Below are positions 19,146 through 29,749 of a stretch of 64,000 nucleotides of DNA, in pieces. The stretch's first letter is position 1. The number at the start of each line of letters is the position of its first letter. Below the pieces are notes generated by a model. That model saw only the letters and a program-made list of their open reading frames with translations. It searched no databases and had not been told where the DNA came from. Position numbers and translations under genes: made by a program. The stretch covers positions 1,176,520-1,240,519 of the forward strand of contig OY970208.1 in NCBI GenBank assembly GCA_963713865.1, read 5' to 3'. Origin of the DNA: an uncultured candidate division Zixibacteria bacterium. GTDB taxonomy: Bacteria > Zixibacteria > MSB-5A5 > RBG-16-43-9.

Positions 19146-20866
19146 TTACCCTCCGTTTTATTCTTCCGTTTCCTTCTTTTTTTCGCTTTGTCAATTTTTT
19201 TCATTTCTTTTTCTATTACCTGTAAAATTCTTTTCTGCTCCTCAAAACCGATCAGCGCCTTTTCAAACACCTCCTCCATCTTTTCCACCCAGATTATTTC
19301 AAGGTCGTTTATCAATTCTTCTGGTAAATCCGGAAGATTTCTACGATTGGCTTTTGGCAGGATAATCTTTTTTATACCTACCCTCCTTGCTGCAGAGAGC
19401 TTCTCCTTGATTCCGCCGACCGGCAGGATGTTCCCCCTCAAGGATACCTCTCCGGTCATAGCTAAATCGTTTCTTATCGGCTTTTCACTCATCACCGAGG
19501 CAATTACCAGGGTAATGGTTAATCCGGCTGAAGGACCATCTTTGGGAATTGCCTCTGAGGGAAAATGGAGATGAATATCGTAATTGGTAAAATCTTTATA
19601 ATTTATACCCAAATGTGGTGCCTGTGAGCGGACGTAACTATGAGCGGTTTGGATGGTTTCACGAATGATCCCACCTAACTGACCGGTAGAGAAGATCTGA
19701 CCGCTTCCTTTCATCTTTAAACCCTCGATCAACATAATATCACCACCGGAAGCAGTCCAGGCTAAGCCGCAGGCAACCCCTACCTCAGGTTTTTTCTCTA
19801 CTATTTCCGGGATGTAGACCGGGGTGCCCAGATAGTCTGTTAAGTTCTCTTCGGTTATTCTCCAGAAATCCCCGCTTCCTGAAGCTCTCATCCATGCTAT
19901 TTTGCGGCAGATGATCTCGATCCCCTTTTGCAGATTTCTCAATCCCTCTTCGATGGCATACTCCCGGATGATCTTTTTTATAGCTTCATCTGTAATCTGA
20001 AGCTCTTTCTCTGAGAGCCCGTGTCTTTCAAGCTGAGAAGGGAGCAGGTATTTTCTGGCAATCTGCAGCTTTTCCTCCTCAATAAATCCGGTAAATTCAA
20101 TCATCTCAAAGTAATCCAGAAACGCATCCGGGATCTCCTCCGGGTTTTTAGCCGTGGCTACGAATAAGACCTGTGAAAGATCAAAGGTAAGACCTAAATA
20201 GTTATCTGTAAAACTGGAATTATGCTCTGGATCCAAAACCTCAAGCAGGGCAGAGATAACTTCCCCTTTTGGAGCTCCATTCCCTAAATTATCAACCTCT
20301 TCCAGCAGAAATAAGGGATTGTTACAGGCCGCATCTTTAAGAAGTCTCAGGATAGCACCAGGATAGCCGCTGGGGATACCAAACCTTTCTCCTTTGATCT
20401 CCTGGCTGGTGGAAAATCCAGCCAGGCTTAAGCGTACAAATTTTCGGTTTAAAGCTATAGCTATGGACTGTGCCAAGGATGTCTTCCCAGTGCCGGCTGG
20501 ACCAACAAAACATAAGATCGATCCTTTGATATCTCTTCTCAGCTGGCGGATGGAGAAATATTCACAGATTTGCTCCTTCATCTTTTTCTGCCCGAAATAT
20601 TCCTGGTCTAAAACTCTCTTCAATTTCTCCACATCTATCTCCTCGGCACAGCTTTGGGTCCAGGGCAAAGAGATCAGGTAGTCGATATATTCCCGAATCA
20701 TCTCGTATTCGCTGGAGGCGGGAGAAATGAATTTTAATCGCTTTGCTTCTAATAAGGCTTTTCTCTCCACGGGCAAAGGCAGACCTGCATCTTGAATCTT
20801 CCCATTCAGATTCCCTATCTCCTTTTTCTGCATATCCTCTATACGGTTTGTTTCTGGCTCCTCCAT
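19142..20866 (-). CDS. Lon-like ATP-dependent protease lacking the N-terminal LON substrate-binding domain
   Basis: Walker A GPAGTGKTS; Walker B region NPLFLLEEVD; S16 protease domain DGPSAGLTIT with downstream Lys; 574 aa versus about 780 for canonical Lon. Confidence 0.8.
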   Translation of the reverse strand: MEEPETNRIEDMQKKEIGNLNGKIQDAGLPLPVERKALLEAKRLKFISPASSEYEMIREYIDYLISLPWTQSCAEEIDVEKLKRVLDQEYFGQKKMKEQICEYFSIRQLRRDIKGSILCFVGPAGTGKTSLAQSIAIALNRKFVRLSLAGFSTSQEIKGERFGIPSGYPGAILRLLKDAACNNPLFLLEEVDNLGNGAPKGEVISALLEVLDPEHNSSFTDNYLGLTFDLSQVLFVATAKNPEEIPDAFLDYFEMIEFTGFIEEEKLQIARKYLLPSQLERHGLSEKELQITDEAIKKIIREYAIEEGLRNLQKGIEIICRKIAWMRASGSGDFWRITEENLTDYLGTPVYIPEIVEKKPEVGVACGLAWTASGGDIMLIEGLKMKGSGQIFSTGQLGGIIRETIQTAHSYVRSQAPHLGINYKDFTNYDIHLHFPSEAIPKDGPSAGLTITLVIASVMSEKPIRNDLAMTGEVSLRGNILPVGGIKEKLSAARRVGIKKIILPKANRRNLPDLPEELINDLEIIWVEKMEEVFEKALIGFEEQKRILQVIEKEMKKIDKAKKRRKRKNKTEGK

Positions 20867-20934
20867 TTTTTCCCTCTATCTTTGGGGTGAAGTCGGATGT
20901 TGTTTTTCTCAGTTTAAACCAACCCTCTGAGGTG

Positions 20935-20964
20935 AATATATTTTAACCTTAAATCCCTGTCAAG
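20935..20964 (-). promoter_or_regulatory. Sigma-70-like promoter for the Lon-like gene (TTGACA-N18-TATATT on minus strand)
   Basis: Read from reverse complement about 70 nt upstream of start codon. Confidence 0.45.
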
Positions 20965-21239
20965 AGGATTAGATTATAAAAATAAAAGTGGTGAGTGAAA
21001 TAAAAATTATATCCCCCTCTTCTTAGTCACCTCCCACAAGCCGATAGAAGCTTTACGGCTCGTAGAGGGAAGAGGAATATTTACATCACCCTGTCTCTCT
21101 CCTTCGAGAAGAGGAGATTAACATTACTGTTCAGACAGTTGCTACTGACGTGACTACCCGAGAAAAAAGCTGGGATAGGAGTGTAACCCCTATCCCAGCA
21201 AAATCTGCTTTCCTCTTGCAAAAGCTGTTCAATGGTGCT

Positions 21240-21923
21240 TTATTTACCCTTCTCCTTATTTTCTGTCTTCTTCTCAGATTCACTCCTCTCATACACTTTT
21301 TTCATCACCACTTTTTCCAGGGGATATGATCCTGAATCGGTCTTAACCTGGGCGATCTTATCCACTGCCTCCATCCCTTTAATCACTTTACCAAAGATTA
21401 CATAGTTACCATCCAAACTGGGAAGGTCTTTTAGACAGATGTAAAACTGGCTTCCGGCAGAGTTCGGATCCTGCGAACGAGCCATACCTAAAGACCCTCT
21501 GAGATGCTTGGTCTTTGCCTGTTCAAAAGGTATGGAATAACCTGGACCACCTCTACCAGTTCCCTCTGGATCTCCTCCCTGGATGACGAAATTGGGAACT
21601 ATGCGATGAAAAGTTAAACCATTGTAAAAGCCCTTATTTACAAGTTTCAGCATATTCCCTGCAGTTATTGGTGTTTCCTTCCAGAACAATTCAAGCTCTA
21701 TGTTCCCGAAATCGGTCTCTATGACCACGATCGGGTTTTTATCCCGGACTAACTTCTCTGTAGTATCAGCCTTAACCTTAGCTTTTCCTGTATCTGCCAT
21801 AACCTCGTTTTCTCCCATTCCGGTTTGTGAGTTTTCCTTCTTGGCGGATCCGTTCTCAGATTTACATCCAGCCATAAAAAACATTAAAATAAAAATCAAC
21901 GCAAAACATGCTATCTTCTTCAT
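21240..21923 (-). CDS. Cyclophilin-type peptidyl-prolyl cis-trans isomerase, secreted/lipoprotein
   Basis: FHRIVPNFVIQGGDPEGTGRGGPGY; N-terminal signal peptide with Cys. Confidence 0.9.
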   Translation of the reverse strand: MKKIACFALIFILMFFMAGCKSENGSAKKENSQTGMGENEVMADTGKAKVKADTTEKLVRDKNPIVVIETDFGNIELELFWKETPITAGNMLKLVNKGFYNGLTFHRIVPNFVIQGGDPEGTGRGGPGYSIPFEQAKTKHLRGSLGMARSQDPNSAGSQFYICLKDLPSLDGNYVIFGKVIKGMEAVDKIAQVKTDSGSYPLEKVVMKKVYERSESEKKTENKEKGK

Positions 21924-22239
21924 CTTTACTCCTTAAAAAGTTTTTGGGTTATCTTTCTTCCACCTTCTTTTTCAGTTCACCTCCTTTAAAGCATAATATT
22001 TTTTCATCTTCGCATTATAAAGAAATATAAAAGCAAACTGGCTTTATGTCAAGAAGTTTAGAGTTGAACAGGAACTAAACTTAGTGCAGATTTTTTTGTC
22101 AGGGGATAAGGGTACTATAGAACTTGTTTTACAGGGCTGGTCCATCCCTGGCGGATGCCTGCGATCACAGATGGTATTGGGTCTTCGTAGCTCGGGCACC
22201 CTGCCCGACTATTTAAAACTGCGTCAGGAATTTTTAAAG

Positions 22240-22270
22240 AGAGTAAGGGTTCAAAATTTTGAACTCCTAC
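22240..22270. repeat. Near-perfect palindrome agggttcaaaattttgaactcct (GGTTCAAA family)
   Basis: Compare 9708-9735. Confidence 0.65.
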
Positions 22271-22800
22271 TTCTCCGTTATCTTTATCCTGGTTAGTTTC
22301 CCTCTTTTTTCTTTAACCCTCTCTATTCCCTTATAAGCGGCTTTATTATCCGGGTTAAGTGAATAAGCTAATTGATATTGCACCTCAGATTTATCTAATT
22401 CTCCGGTCATTTCAAAGGAATAAGCCAATGAGAACCTGACCTTAGAAATAAATAGCTTGTCTCCATTTTCTACCTCCATACAAAGTTCAAACTCGGAGAT
22501 AGACTCTTTATAGTGGTCTAATTTCTGGTAGCAGAGACCTAAATAATAACGCGCTTCAAAGTTCCGGGGGTCAGCTATCACGGCCTTCTTAAATTCCTGA
22601 AGCGCGTTGGCATATTTACCCTGGTGATAAAATTTTTTCCCATTAGCCAGATGATTTTGAGAAGCGACTTCTTGGCCATAATTTCTGGTAGGTGGAGGAA
22701 GTGAAACTGGACTTGGCCTTTCTATTACTATCATCCTCTCGGCGCAGTTCAAGGAGAACAATAAAAGCAAAATTGAAAAAAGATTGAATATTCTTAACAT
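22267..22800 (-). CDS. TPR-repeat secreted/lipoprotein
   Basis: Signal peptide; TPR-like helical repeats (YYLGLCYQKL..., AYSLNP...). Confidence 0.5.
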   Translation of the reverse strand: MLRIFNLFSILLLLFSLNCAERMIVIERPSPVSLPPPTRNYGQEVASQNHLANGKKFYHQGKYANALQEFKKAVIADPRNFEARYYLGLCYQKLDHYKESISEFELCMEVENGDKLFISKVRFSLAYSFEMTGELDKSEVQYQLAYSLNPDNKAAYKGIERVKEKRGKLTRIKITEK

Positions 22801-22850
22801 ATCCCTCCTTTCGGTCTTTATAATTATATCGGAAATAAGAGGATTTACTT

Positions 22851-24030
22851 TTAAGCTTTTTTTCCTGACGGATCCATTTCTGACAAAACCCAGATTAGTT
22901 TTTCTATATCCTCAAGTGAATTGTAGAAATGAGGAGATACTCGTATTGAGTTCTCCCTGAAGGAGGTCAGTATTTTTTTCTGTGAAAGAGCTCGGTGCAG
23001 TTTTGGACAATTTTTACCAGAAAAAGAAAGTATACCTGATCGGTACAGGGGCTCAAGTGAGCTTTTGATCTGGTAAGGGGTATTTTTTAGATAATCTATT
23101 AGAAGGTCTAAAAGTTTTATGACCTGATTCTCGATAGCTTTAGTTCCAATTTCGGATATAAGCTCTAAAGAGGAACACATCGTCCATAGATTTGAAAAAG
23201 GGTAAGTCCCTATCTCAAACCTTCGACTGGAGGAGAAGCGGGGAAGGTCATATTTCAAAAGATCAGAGAAATTCAATTTCCAGTCAACACTCATCCAGCC
23301 GAAAAAAGCAGGATCGATTTTCATCTTAGCATTATCTGAAAGATAGAAAAAGCCTGTGCCCAGAGAGGAGAGCAGCCACTTCTGACCTCCACAGGCTAAG
23401 AAATCTATTTTACATTTTTTAACATCTAAATCCAGAACAGCCTACTCCCTGGATTCCATCTACAACAAAGAAAATATTTTTTTCCTCACAGATTTTTCCA
23501 ATAGTCTCCAAGTTATTTTTAAAACCATTGAAAAACTGAACATAGGTTATCGATAAGACTTTGCACTTTGAATCGATAGCTTTAAGGAGATCATCTATGC
23601 AAAAAAAACCGTTCTGGCTTTTAATAAATTTTATCTTCACGCCCTTCTTTTTCAGATTCAGCCAAGGATAAACATTTGCCGGAAACTCCACATCTGAAAG
23701 CAAAACCTTATCCCCATATTTAAAGTCCAGTCCATTTGCCACGATATTTAAACCATAAGAAGTGTTGGGCACCAATCCAATTTCTTTCGGTTTTGCGTTT
23801 ACCATTTTAGCCAGATATATTCTGATCTGGTCCATCATCTCAAAAGTCAACTTATCCATATCCACAACTTTTTTAAGGGTCAAAGCATCATAATATTCCA
23901 TTGTTTTTTTCAAAGCTCTTAAAGGAATGGGACCAAATGAGGCGTGATTAAGAAAATTAACTTTTTGGGTGAAGGGGAATTCCCTTCTGTATCTTGCTAA
24001 CTCTTTTGATTTGGTCTTTCTTAGAGCCAT
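22851..24030 (-). pseudogene. Class V aminotransferase (cysteine desulfurase / epimerase-like), interrupted by a frameshift near 23420-23440
   Basis: N-part (23419-24030) ends ...VDGIQGVG; an alternative frame continues VLDLDVKKCKIDFLACGGQKWLLSSLGTGFFY (PLP-Lys region) into the C-part ORF (22851-23324, IRVSPHFYN). Confidence 0.6.
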
Positions 24031-25008
24031 TTATTCTCCTTATACCATTTTATAGTTTCTAAAGCACCCTTTTCTAAATCATACTCCGGCGAAAATCCTA
24101 ATTCATTTTTTGCTTTTGAAATGTCGCAGAGCCAGTACCTCTGGCTTAGCTCATTTGCTTTCTGAAGATTTACCAGAGCAGATTCCCCTTTCAGGTGAGA
24201 GACCATTTCGGAGAAAGAGGCAAATGTGAACAAAAAGAATTTAGGGATTCTTAATTTAAAAGCTCTTATACCTAAGGATTTCTGGATGATCTTTCCAGCT
24301 TCTGTCCAGGAATAAACCTTTTCATCTGCTATAAAGTAGATCTGTCCGGAACTCTTTTGGTTTTCTGCGGTTAAAATTATCCCCCGGGTTAAATCTTTAA
24401 CATATATCAGGGAAATATAACTTTCTTTGAATCCAAAGAGAGGAATTATCCTTTTGTTCACCGTCTGGAAAAAAAATAAAATATCTTTATCTCTTGGACC
24501 ATAAACCGCAGGTGGTCGAACTATAGTAACCGGAAACTTCTCCTTAAAACTCAATACCTCTTTTTCTCCCTGAAGCTTACTTCTGCCATAATCGGTGATC
24601 GGCTCGCATTTTGCATCTTCATTTAAAGGGTAAAAATCTTTGCAGGGACCAACTGCGGCTTGACTGCTGACATAAACAAACTTCTTAATATGAGAATTGA
24701 TCTCCAGAACAGGTTTGAATCAGGTTTTTAGTTCCCTGGGCATTTGCTTTAAAATAATCCTCTTTATTTTTCGCTCGGGTTAAACCAGCCAGATGGAAAA
24801 CGAAATCTACCCCTTCTAAAGCTTTTCTTAAGGACTCAACCTCTGTTATATCTCCGTATCTATATTCAGTTTCCAGTCCTGAAAGAAAACTTAAGTTGCT
24901 CGTTTTCCTGACCAGGCAGAAAACCTCATAACGCTTGTTTAACAGAGCTTCAACTAAATGGCTCCCCACAAATCCATTTGCACCGGTAACTAAGGCTTTA
25001 GGGCTCAA
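24021..25008 (-). pseudogene. NAD-dependent epimerase/dehydratase-family (extended SDR) protein, interrupted by a frameshift near 24670-24700
   Basis: N-part VTGANGFVGSHLV Rossmann motif; shifted frame continues KKFVYVSSQAAVGPCKDFYPLNEDAK...FPVTIVRPPAVYGPRD. Confidence 0.6.
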
Positions 25009-25152
25009 GTTTTCCTTTTCCTAATTACTGTACGGTAAAGCTTTAGCTTTACTTTCAAAGAATTTTGGGTAAACCTAAAGGCTTACACCGCAAAATATCT
25101 TTCAGAACATTGAGACGTAGGCAGTGCTTCTCTACTTATTTAAAATTTTCTC

Positions 25153-25181
25153 TTGACATTCTTTTTAAAAAAACTTAAATA
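25153..25181 (+). promoter_or_regulatory. Sigma-70-like promoter (TTGACA-N17-TAAATA) upstream of the SPT-like gene
   Basis: Hexamers read from sequence about 110 nt upstream of ATG at 25290. Confidence 0.4.
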
Positions 25182-25289
25182 AATCCTGATTTGTGAAGAT
25201 ATTAAACTTAAAACAGCTTTGCAAGTTAAAACTGAAGACTAAATTTTAAAAAGCCGGTAAATGCATTTCGGCTCGTAGAGAGGTAAAAG

Positions 25290-26471
25290 TTGGATCTGTT
25301 CGAAAAGTGCAAAAGGTTTACCGAGGCAAAAAAGGTAATGGCAACTGGCTATTACCCTTTTTTCATCCCCATATCCTCCGGACAGGATACCCAGGTAACG
25401 GTGCGGGGGAAAGAGATGATAATGATAGGCTCCAATAACTACCTGGGCTTGACCTCTCACCCTGAGGTTAAACAGGCGGCTATAGATGCCATCAAAATCT
25501 ACGGCTCCGGCTGTACCGGCTCTCGCTTCTTAAACGGAACCTTAGATATTCACGAGGATCTGGAAAGAAAGTTAGCCCAGTTTATGAACAAAGAATCTGC
25601 CCTTGTTTTCTCTACCGGATTCCAAACCAACCTGGGCACTATCTCTGCCTTAGTCAACAAAGGGGAATATATCATAACCGACAGGTCTGACCATGCCAGC
25701 ATAGTGGATGGATGCCGGCTTTCCTTTGGCAAGGTTTTGAAGTTCAGACACAATAACATGTCAGATTTAAAAAGGGTCCTTTCCACCTGTCCTAAACATT
25801 CCGGAAAACTTATCGTGATAGATGGAGTCTTCAGTATGGAGGGGGATATAGCCAAACTGCCGGATATAGTGGAACTGGCCAGGAAATACCACATGCGGGT
25901 TATGGTGGATGATGCCCATTCCATCGGGGTACTGGGTAAAAATGGCAGAGGTACGGCTGAGCATTTTAAATTAGAAGATGAAGTGGATATCATAATGGGG
26001 ACATTCTCCAAATCTTTTGCCTCCATCGGAGGATTTATTGCGGCCAAAGAAGAGGTTATCCATTATATAAAACATTTCTCTAGGGCATTGATTTTCTCAG
26101 CCAGTCCACCACCGGCTGCAGTTGCCACAGTTTCCAAAGCTTTAGACATAATCATTGCAGAGCCAGAGAGAAGAGAAAGACTCTGGCAAATAGCCCGCAA
26201 GATGCACGAGGGTTACAGAGCATTAGGATTTGATATCGGAGATACCGAAACTCCGATAATCCCGATACTAATCGGTGAAAATATGAAGACCTTCAAGTTC
26301 TGGAAGCTGCTTTTCGATGAGGGGATCTTCGCCAATACCGCCATCAGCCCCGCAGTCCCACCCGGCACCGCCCGCATCCGCACCAGCTACACCGCCACCC
26401 ATACCGATGATCAGATGAATAGAGTCTTAGAAGTTTTTGAAAAAGTGGGGAAAAAGATGGGGGTAATATAA
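25290..26471 (+). CDS. Alpha-oxoamine synthase (AONS family); most similar by motif to serine palmitoyltransferase
   Basis: GSGCTGSRFLNGT, VDDAHSIGVLGKNGRG, GTFSKSFASIGGF (PLP-Lys), PPGTARIRTSYTATHT; the SPT versus KBL/BioF distinction is from recalled motifs only. Confidence 0.75.
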   Translation: MDLFEKCKRFTEAKKVMATGYYPFFIPISSGQDTQVTVRGKEMIMIGSNNYLGLTSHPEVKQAAIDAIKIYGSGCTGSRFLNGTLDIHEDLERKLAQFMNKESALVFSTGFQTNLGTISALVNKGEYIITDRSDHASIVDGCRLSFGKVLKFRHNNMSDLKRVLSTCPKHSGKLIVIDGVFSMEGDIAKLPDIVELARKYHMRVMVDDAHSIGVLGKNGRGTAEHFKLEDEVDIIMGTFSKSFASIGGFIAAKEEVIHYIKHFSRALIFSASPPPAAVATVSKALDIIIAEPERRERLWQIARKMHEGYRALGFDIGDTETPIIPILIGENMKTFKFWKLLFDEGIFANTAISPAVPPGTARIRTSYTATHTDDQMNRVLEVFEKVGKKMGVI

Positions 26472-26507
26472 AGAAAGTTTAAAGGTTCAAAAGTTCAAGG
26501 GAAAAAG
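26471..26507 (+). repeat. Post-stop motif AAGAAAGTTTAAAGGTTCAAAAGTTCAAGGGAAAAAG
   Basis: Nearly identical motif immediately after stop codons at 4013, 26471 and 62821. Confidence 0.7.
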
Positions 26508-26511
26508 AATG

Positions 26512-26672
26512 ATATGGAATGCATCCCGCCATAGGCGAGGCTCGCTAAAGGCGGCATCCGTGATGATGCTTTGGTTCGGGAATTGGAATTCCCGAACCAA
26601 CTTTAAAAAATATTTTGAGTGCATCCCGCCTTTGGCAGGATGCAGGCATTAACACGGTTAATGCACTCCAAA
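26512..26672. repeat. Composite intergenic repeats (GCATCCCGCC...GGCGG hairpins; CATTAAC-acg-GTTAATG palindrome; GAGTGCAT...ATGCACTCC)
   Basis: Related copies at 16670-16745, 27775-27800, 38871-38938. Confidence 0.6.
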
Positions 26673-26679
26673 TAAATAT

Positions 26680-27768
26680 ATGCCTAAACTTATAAAAAAA
26701 CGCTCTGAAAAAGCCGGGCTTCCGCCGGGGAGTCTGGTACACATCGGGGAGAAGAGGGTCGAGGAAGTAAAAATAACCATAATCGATTACGATGAAACCC
26801 ATTTTCAGGAAAAAGAGGTAAAAGCGATTGACGAATGCTTCATCTTTAAGGATAAGCTTACTGTTACCTGGATAAATGTGGAGGGGATACATCAAGTCGA
26901 TATCTTAGAGAGATTAGGCGAGTGCTATGGATTCCATCCCCTTATCTTAGAAGATATCTTGAACACGGACCAGCGCCCGAAAATGGAGAATTTCGGTGAG
27001 TATCTCTATATCGTCCTGAAAATGCTTTACCCGAATAACAAAAATACTCCTGCGGATCCAAAAGCAGAAGAAATAGTAACCGAGCAGATAAGTTTGATCC
27101 TGGGCACTAATTTTGTCATCTCTTTCCAGGAAGGGATGAAAGGAGATGTGTTCGAGCCGGTTAGGGAGCGGCTCAGGAGCTCCAAAGGGCTGATAAGGAA
27201 AATGAGAGCAGATTATTTAGCTTATTCCCTGATGGATGCCATCGTGGACAACTATTTTATAATTCTGGAAAAGCTCGGAGATAAAATAGAGTTCCTGGAG
27301 GAGAAATTAATCGCCAGTCCAGGCTCAGAGACTCTAAAGACAATTCATGACTTAAAAAGGGAGATGATCTTCTTGCGTAAATCGGTATGGCCATTAAGGG
27401 AGGTGCTGGGCGCTTTGGAAAGAGGTGATTCCTCTCTGGTCCAGGATTCAACCCGCATCTACGTAAGAGATATTTACGACCATACCATTCAGGTCATAGA
27501 TACAATAGAGACTTTCCGGGATATGCTTTCCGGGATGCTGGATATATATCTTTCCAGTGTGAGCAATAGATTGAATGCGGTGATGAAGGTATTGACTATA
27601 ATCGCTACAATATTTATGCCGCTCACCTTTCTGGCTGGAATCTACGGGATGAATTTTAAATTTATGCCAGAACTTGAGTGGCGCTGGGGTTATCTTTTAA
27701 TCTGGATGGTTATGCTTGGCATCGGGGTTTTTATGCTTTTTTATTTTAAGAAAAAGAAGTGGTTATGA
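26680..27768 (+). CDS. corA: Magnesium/cobalt transporter CorA
   Basis: YGMNF signature before two C-terminal TM helices; 362 aa. Confidence 0.9.
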   Translation: MPKLIKKRSEKAGLPPGSLVHIGEKRVEEVKITIIDYDETHFQEKEVKAIDECFIFKDKLTVTWINVEGIHQVDILERLGECYGFHPLILEDILNTDQRPKMENFGEYLYIVLKMLYPNNKNTPADPKAEEIVTEQISLILGTNFVISFQEGMKGDVFEPVRERLRSSKGLIRKMRADYLAYSLMDAIVDNYFIILEKLGDKIEFLEEKLIASPGSETLKTIHDLKREMIFLRKSVWPLREVLGALERGDSSLVQDSTRIYVRDIYDHTIQVIDTIETFRDMLSGMLDIYLSSVSNRLNAVMKVLTIIATIFMPLTFLAGIYGMNFKFMPELEWRWGYLLIWMVMLGIGVFMLFYFKKKKWL

Positions 27769-28127
27769 AAAATATGGAGTGCATCATCCGTGATAAGGCA
27801 CTTTAGTTCCTCTCCCCTGGTGGGAGAGGATTAAGGAGAGGGGAAAGATAAGGATAATCGGTAAACCCATGTTGTTCTCAACATGAGTTACACTCCTGCT
27901 CTTACGGATCCGTTTATAAGATTTGAGGGAAAGGCGGGAATAGGTAGCTTATAAGTCTATGAAGCGTATCCATTGGATACGTACGCTGATTCATTCGATA
28001 TACTCGCAAATCCCTCTTTTAGACTCTGAGAGAAGAGATTTACAAAAACTCTAATGAATTAACCAATATGGGTAGAAAGTATCCAGGGGTGTAAGATAAA
28101 TCATCAATTCATTTTAAAACAATCTGG

Positions 28128-29156
28128 ATGAAAATGACTAAGACGAAAATAATCTGTACCTTGGGACCCTCGAGCGGAAATGTCAAGGTGCTGAAAAAGA
28201 TGATGTTAGCCGGGATGGAGGTAGCAAGGCTTAATTTTTCTCATGGGAACTCTGCGGAACATCAAAACCGAATAAATCTAATAAAAGGTTTGAATAGTAA
28301 ATATAAACGCAATATAAAGATATTGCAGGACTTAGAAGGCTACCGGATAAGAATCGGCAGGTTCAAGGATAAAAAAGAAATTGAATTAAAAAAAAGACAG
28401 ATTGTTCTGTTAACTAATAAAGATCAAGCAGGAGATAAAGAGATTATACCATTCGATTACCAGGGTGAATTAAGCGATATCAAAATTGATAGTTTCATCT
28501 ATATAGACGATGGATATATCGCTCTAAAAGTAAAATCCAGGTCCAGGAATTATATCCAAGCAGAGGTAGTTATTCCGGGGGTCTTAAAGGAAAACAAGGG
28601 GGTTAATATTCCAGGAGCCAATTTGAGATTTAAAGATTTAACCGAAAAAGATAGAACGGATTTAAGATTTGGTATAAAAAATAAAGTGGATTTTATTGCC
28701 CAGTCGTTTGTAAGAAACAAACAGGATATTAAAAACATCAGAGATTTCATCCGGGGCAACGATTTTAACTGCCGGATTATTGCCAAGATCGAAAACCAGG
28801 ACGGGATCAGGAATATCGACAAGATATTGGAAGTGTCTGACGGTATCATGGTCGCGCGGGGAGATATGGGAGTCTCTTTGCCCATATATGAGGTTCCAAT
28901 ATGGCAGAAGATTATAATAGAAAAATGTAACCTTGAAAATAAATTTGTCATCACCGCTACCCAGATGCTGGAAAGTATGACCGAACATATAAGGCCAACG
29001 CGGGCAGAGGTAAGCGATGTGGCTAATGCGATAATGGATGGATCTGATTATTTGATGCTTTCGGCTGAGACGGCAGTTGGAAAACTTCCGGTTGAGGCAG
29101 TGAAGATGATGCACCAGATTATCAAATATACTGAAAAGTTCCTGAAGAAGGATTGA
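28128..29156 (+). CDS. Pyruvate kinase, short form lacking the C-terminal regulatory domain
   Basis: [48 protein letters not shown]; ends after the TIM-barrel domain at 342 aa. Confidence 0.8.
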   Translation: MKMTKTKIICTLGPSSGNVKVLKKMMLAGMEVARLNFSHGNSAEHQNRINLIKGLNSKYKRNIKILQDLEGYRIRIGRFKDKKEIELKKRQIVLLTNKDQAGDKEIIPFDYQGELSDIKIDSFIYIDDGYIALKVKSRSRNYIQAEVVIPGVLKENKGVNIPGANLRFKDLTEKDRTDLRFGIKNKVDFIAQSFVRNKQDIKNIRDFIRGNDFNCRIIAKIENQDGIRNIDKILEVSDGIMVARGDMGVSLPIYEVPIWQKIIIEKCNLENKFVITATQMLESMTEHIRPTRAEVSDVANAIMDGSDYLMLSAETAVGKLPVEAVKMMHQIIKYTEKFLKKD

Positions 29157-29407
29157 AAGCTGTAATATTTTTTCATCCATTGTAAAGCTGGTGAGGAAAT
29201 TCTGACTCTTGCACCGGTAAAGATGACCCTAAATGTTATCCGAGCAAAAGCGAGGAATCTGTGGAATCTTCAGTCGTTACGTTACTTCAGAATGACGTAG
29301 AATCGGAAATCACACAGTGTGCCCTCAAAGAAGATAAACACTTCTGAAGCAACTGGAGAACCGCATTGACACGGTCAATTCATCTCAAAAACCACTCCCA
29401 AAACAAA

Positions 29408-29480
29408 ATGCGCCTTGCAGGAATCGAACCTGCGACCCACTGATTAAGAGTCAGTTGCTCTACCAGCTGAGCTAAAGGCG
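29408..29480 (-). tRNA. tRNA-Lys: tRNA-Lys (anticodon CTT)
   Basis: Reverse complement folds as cloverleaf: acceptor GCGCCTT/AAGGCGC, D-arm GCTC-AGCTGGT-AGAGC, anticodon stem ACTGA/TCAGT with loop CTCTTAA, T-arm GCAGG-TTCGATT-CCTGC, discriminator A; CCA not encoded. Confidence 0.95.
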
Positions 29481-29749
29481 CAATTTATCTATAATATTAG
29501 CCAAACTCTAAAAGTTTAGCTGCATAATTCAAAACAGCTCAATCTTCTTTCAAATATAGTGCATCAAAAGGATTTTTGTCAAGCTTTTTCCAGAGAAGAC
29601 CTCTGAAAAGCTCGTAATGCGGGGCTGGGAGCCCAGCCTACGAGGATTTTAAGCGGAGAGATTAGTAGTTGCTCGATTTGTCAAGCTAAAAATACCTATT
29701 GAATCAGGTAACTGTATATTAAAAAATGTTATTAATCGATTTGGGGGTT

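Noticed and set aside
25550-26047. 165-aa minus-strand ORF inside the AONS gene
   Set aside because: Antisense to a strongly supported CDS; Ser/Pro-rich low-complexity translation.
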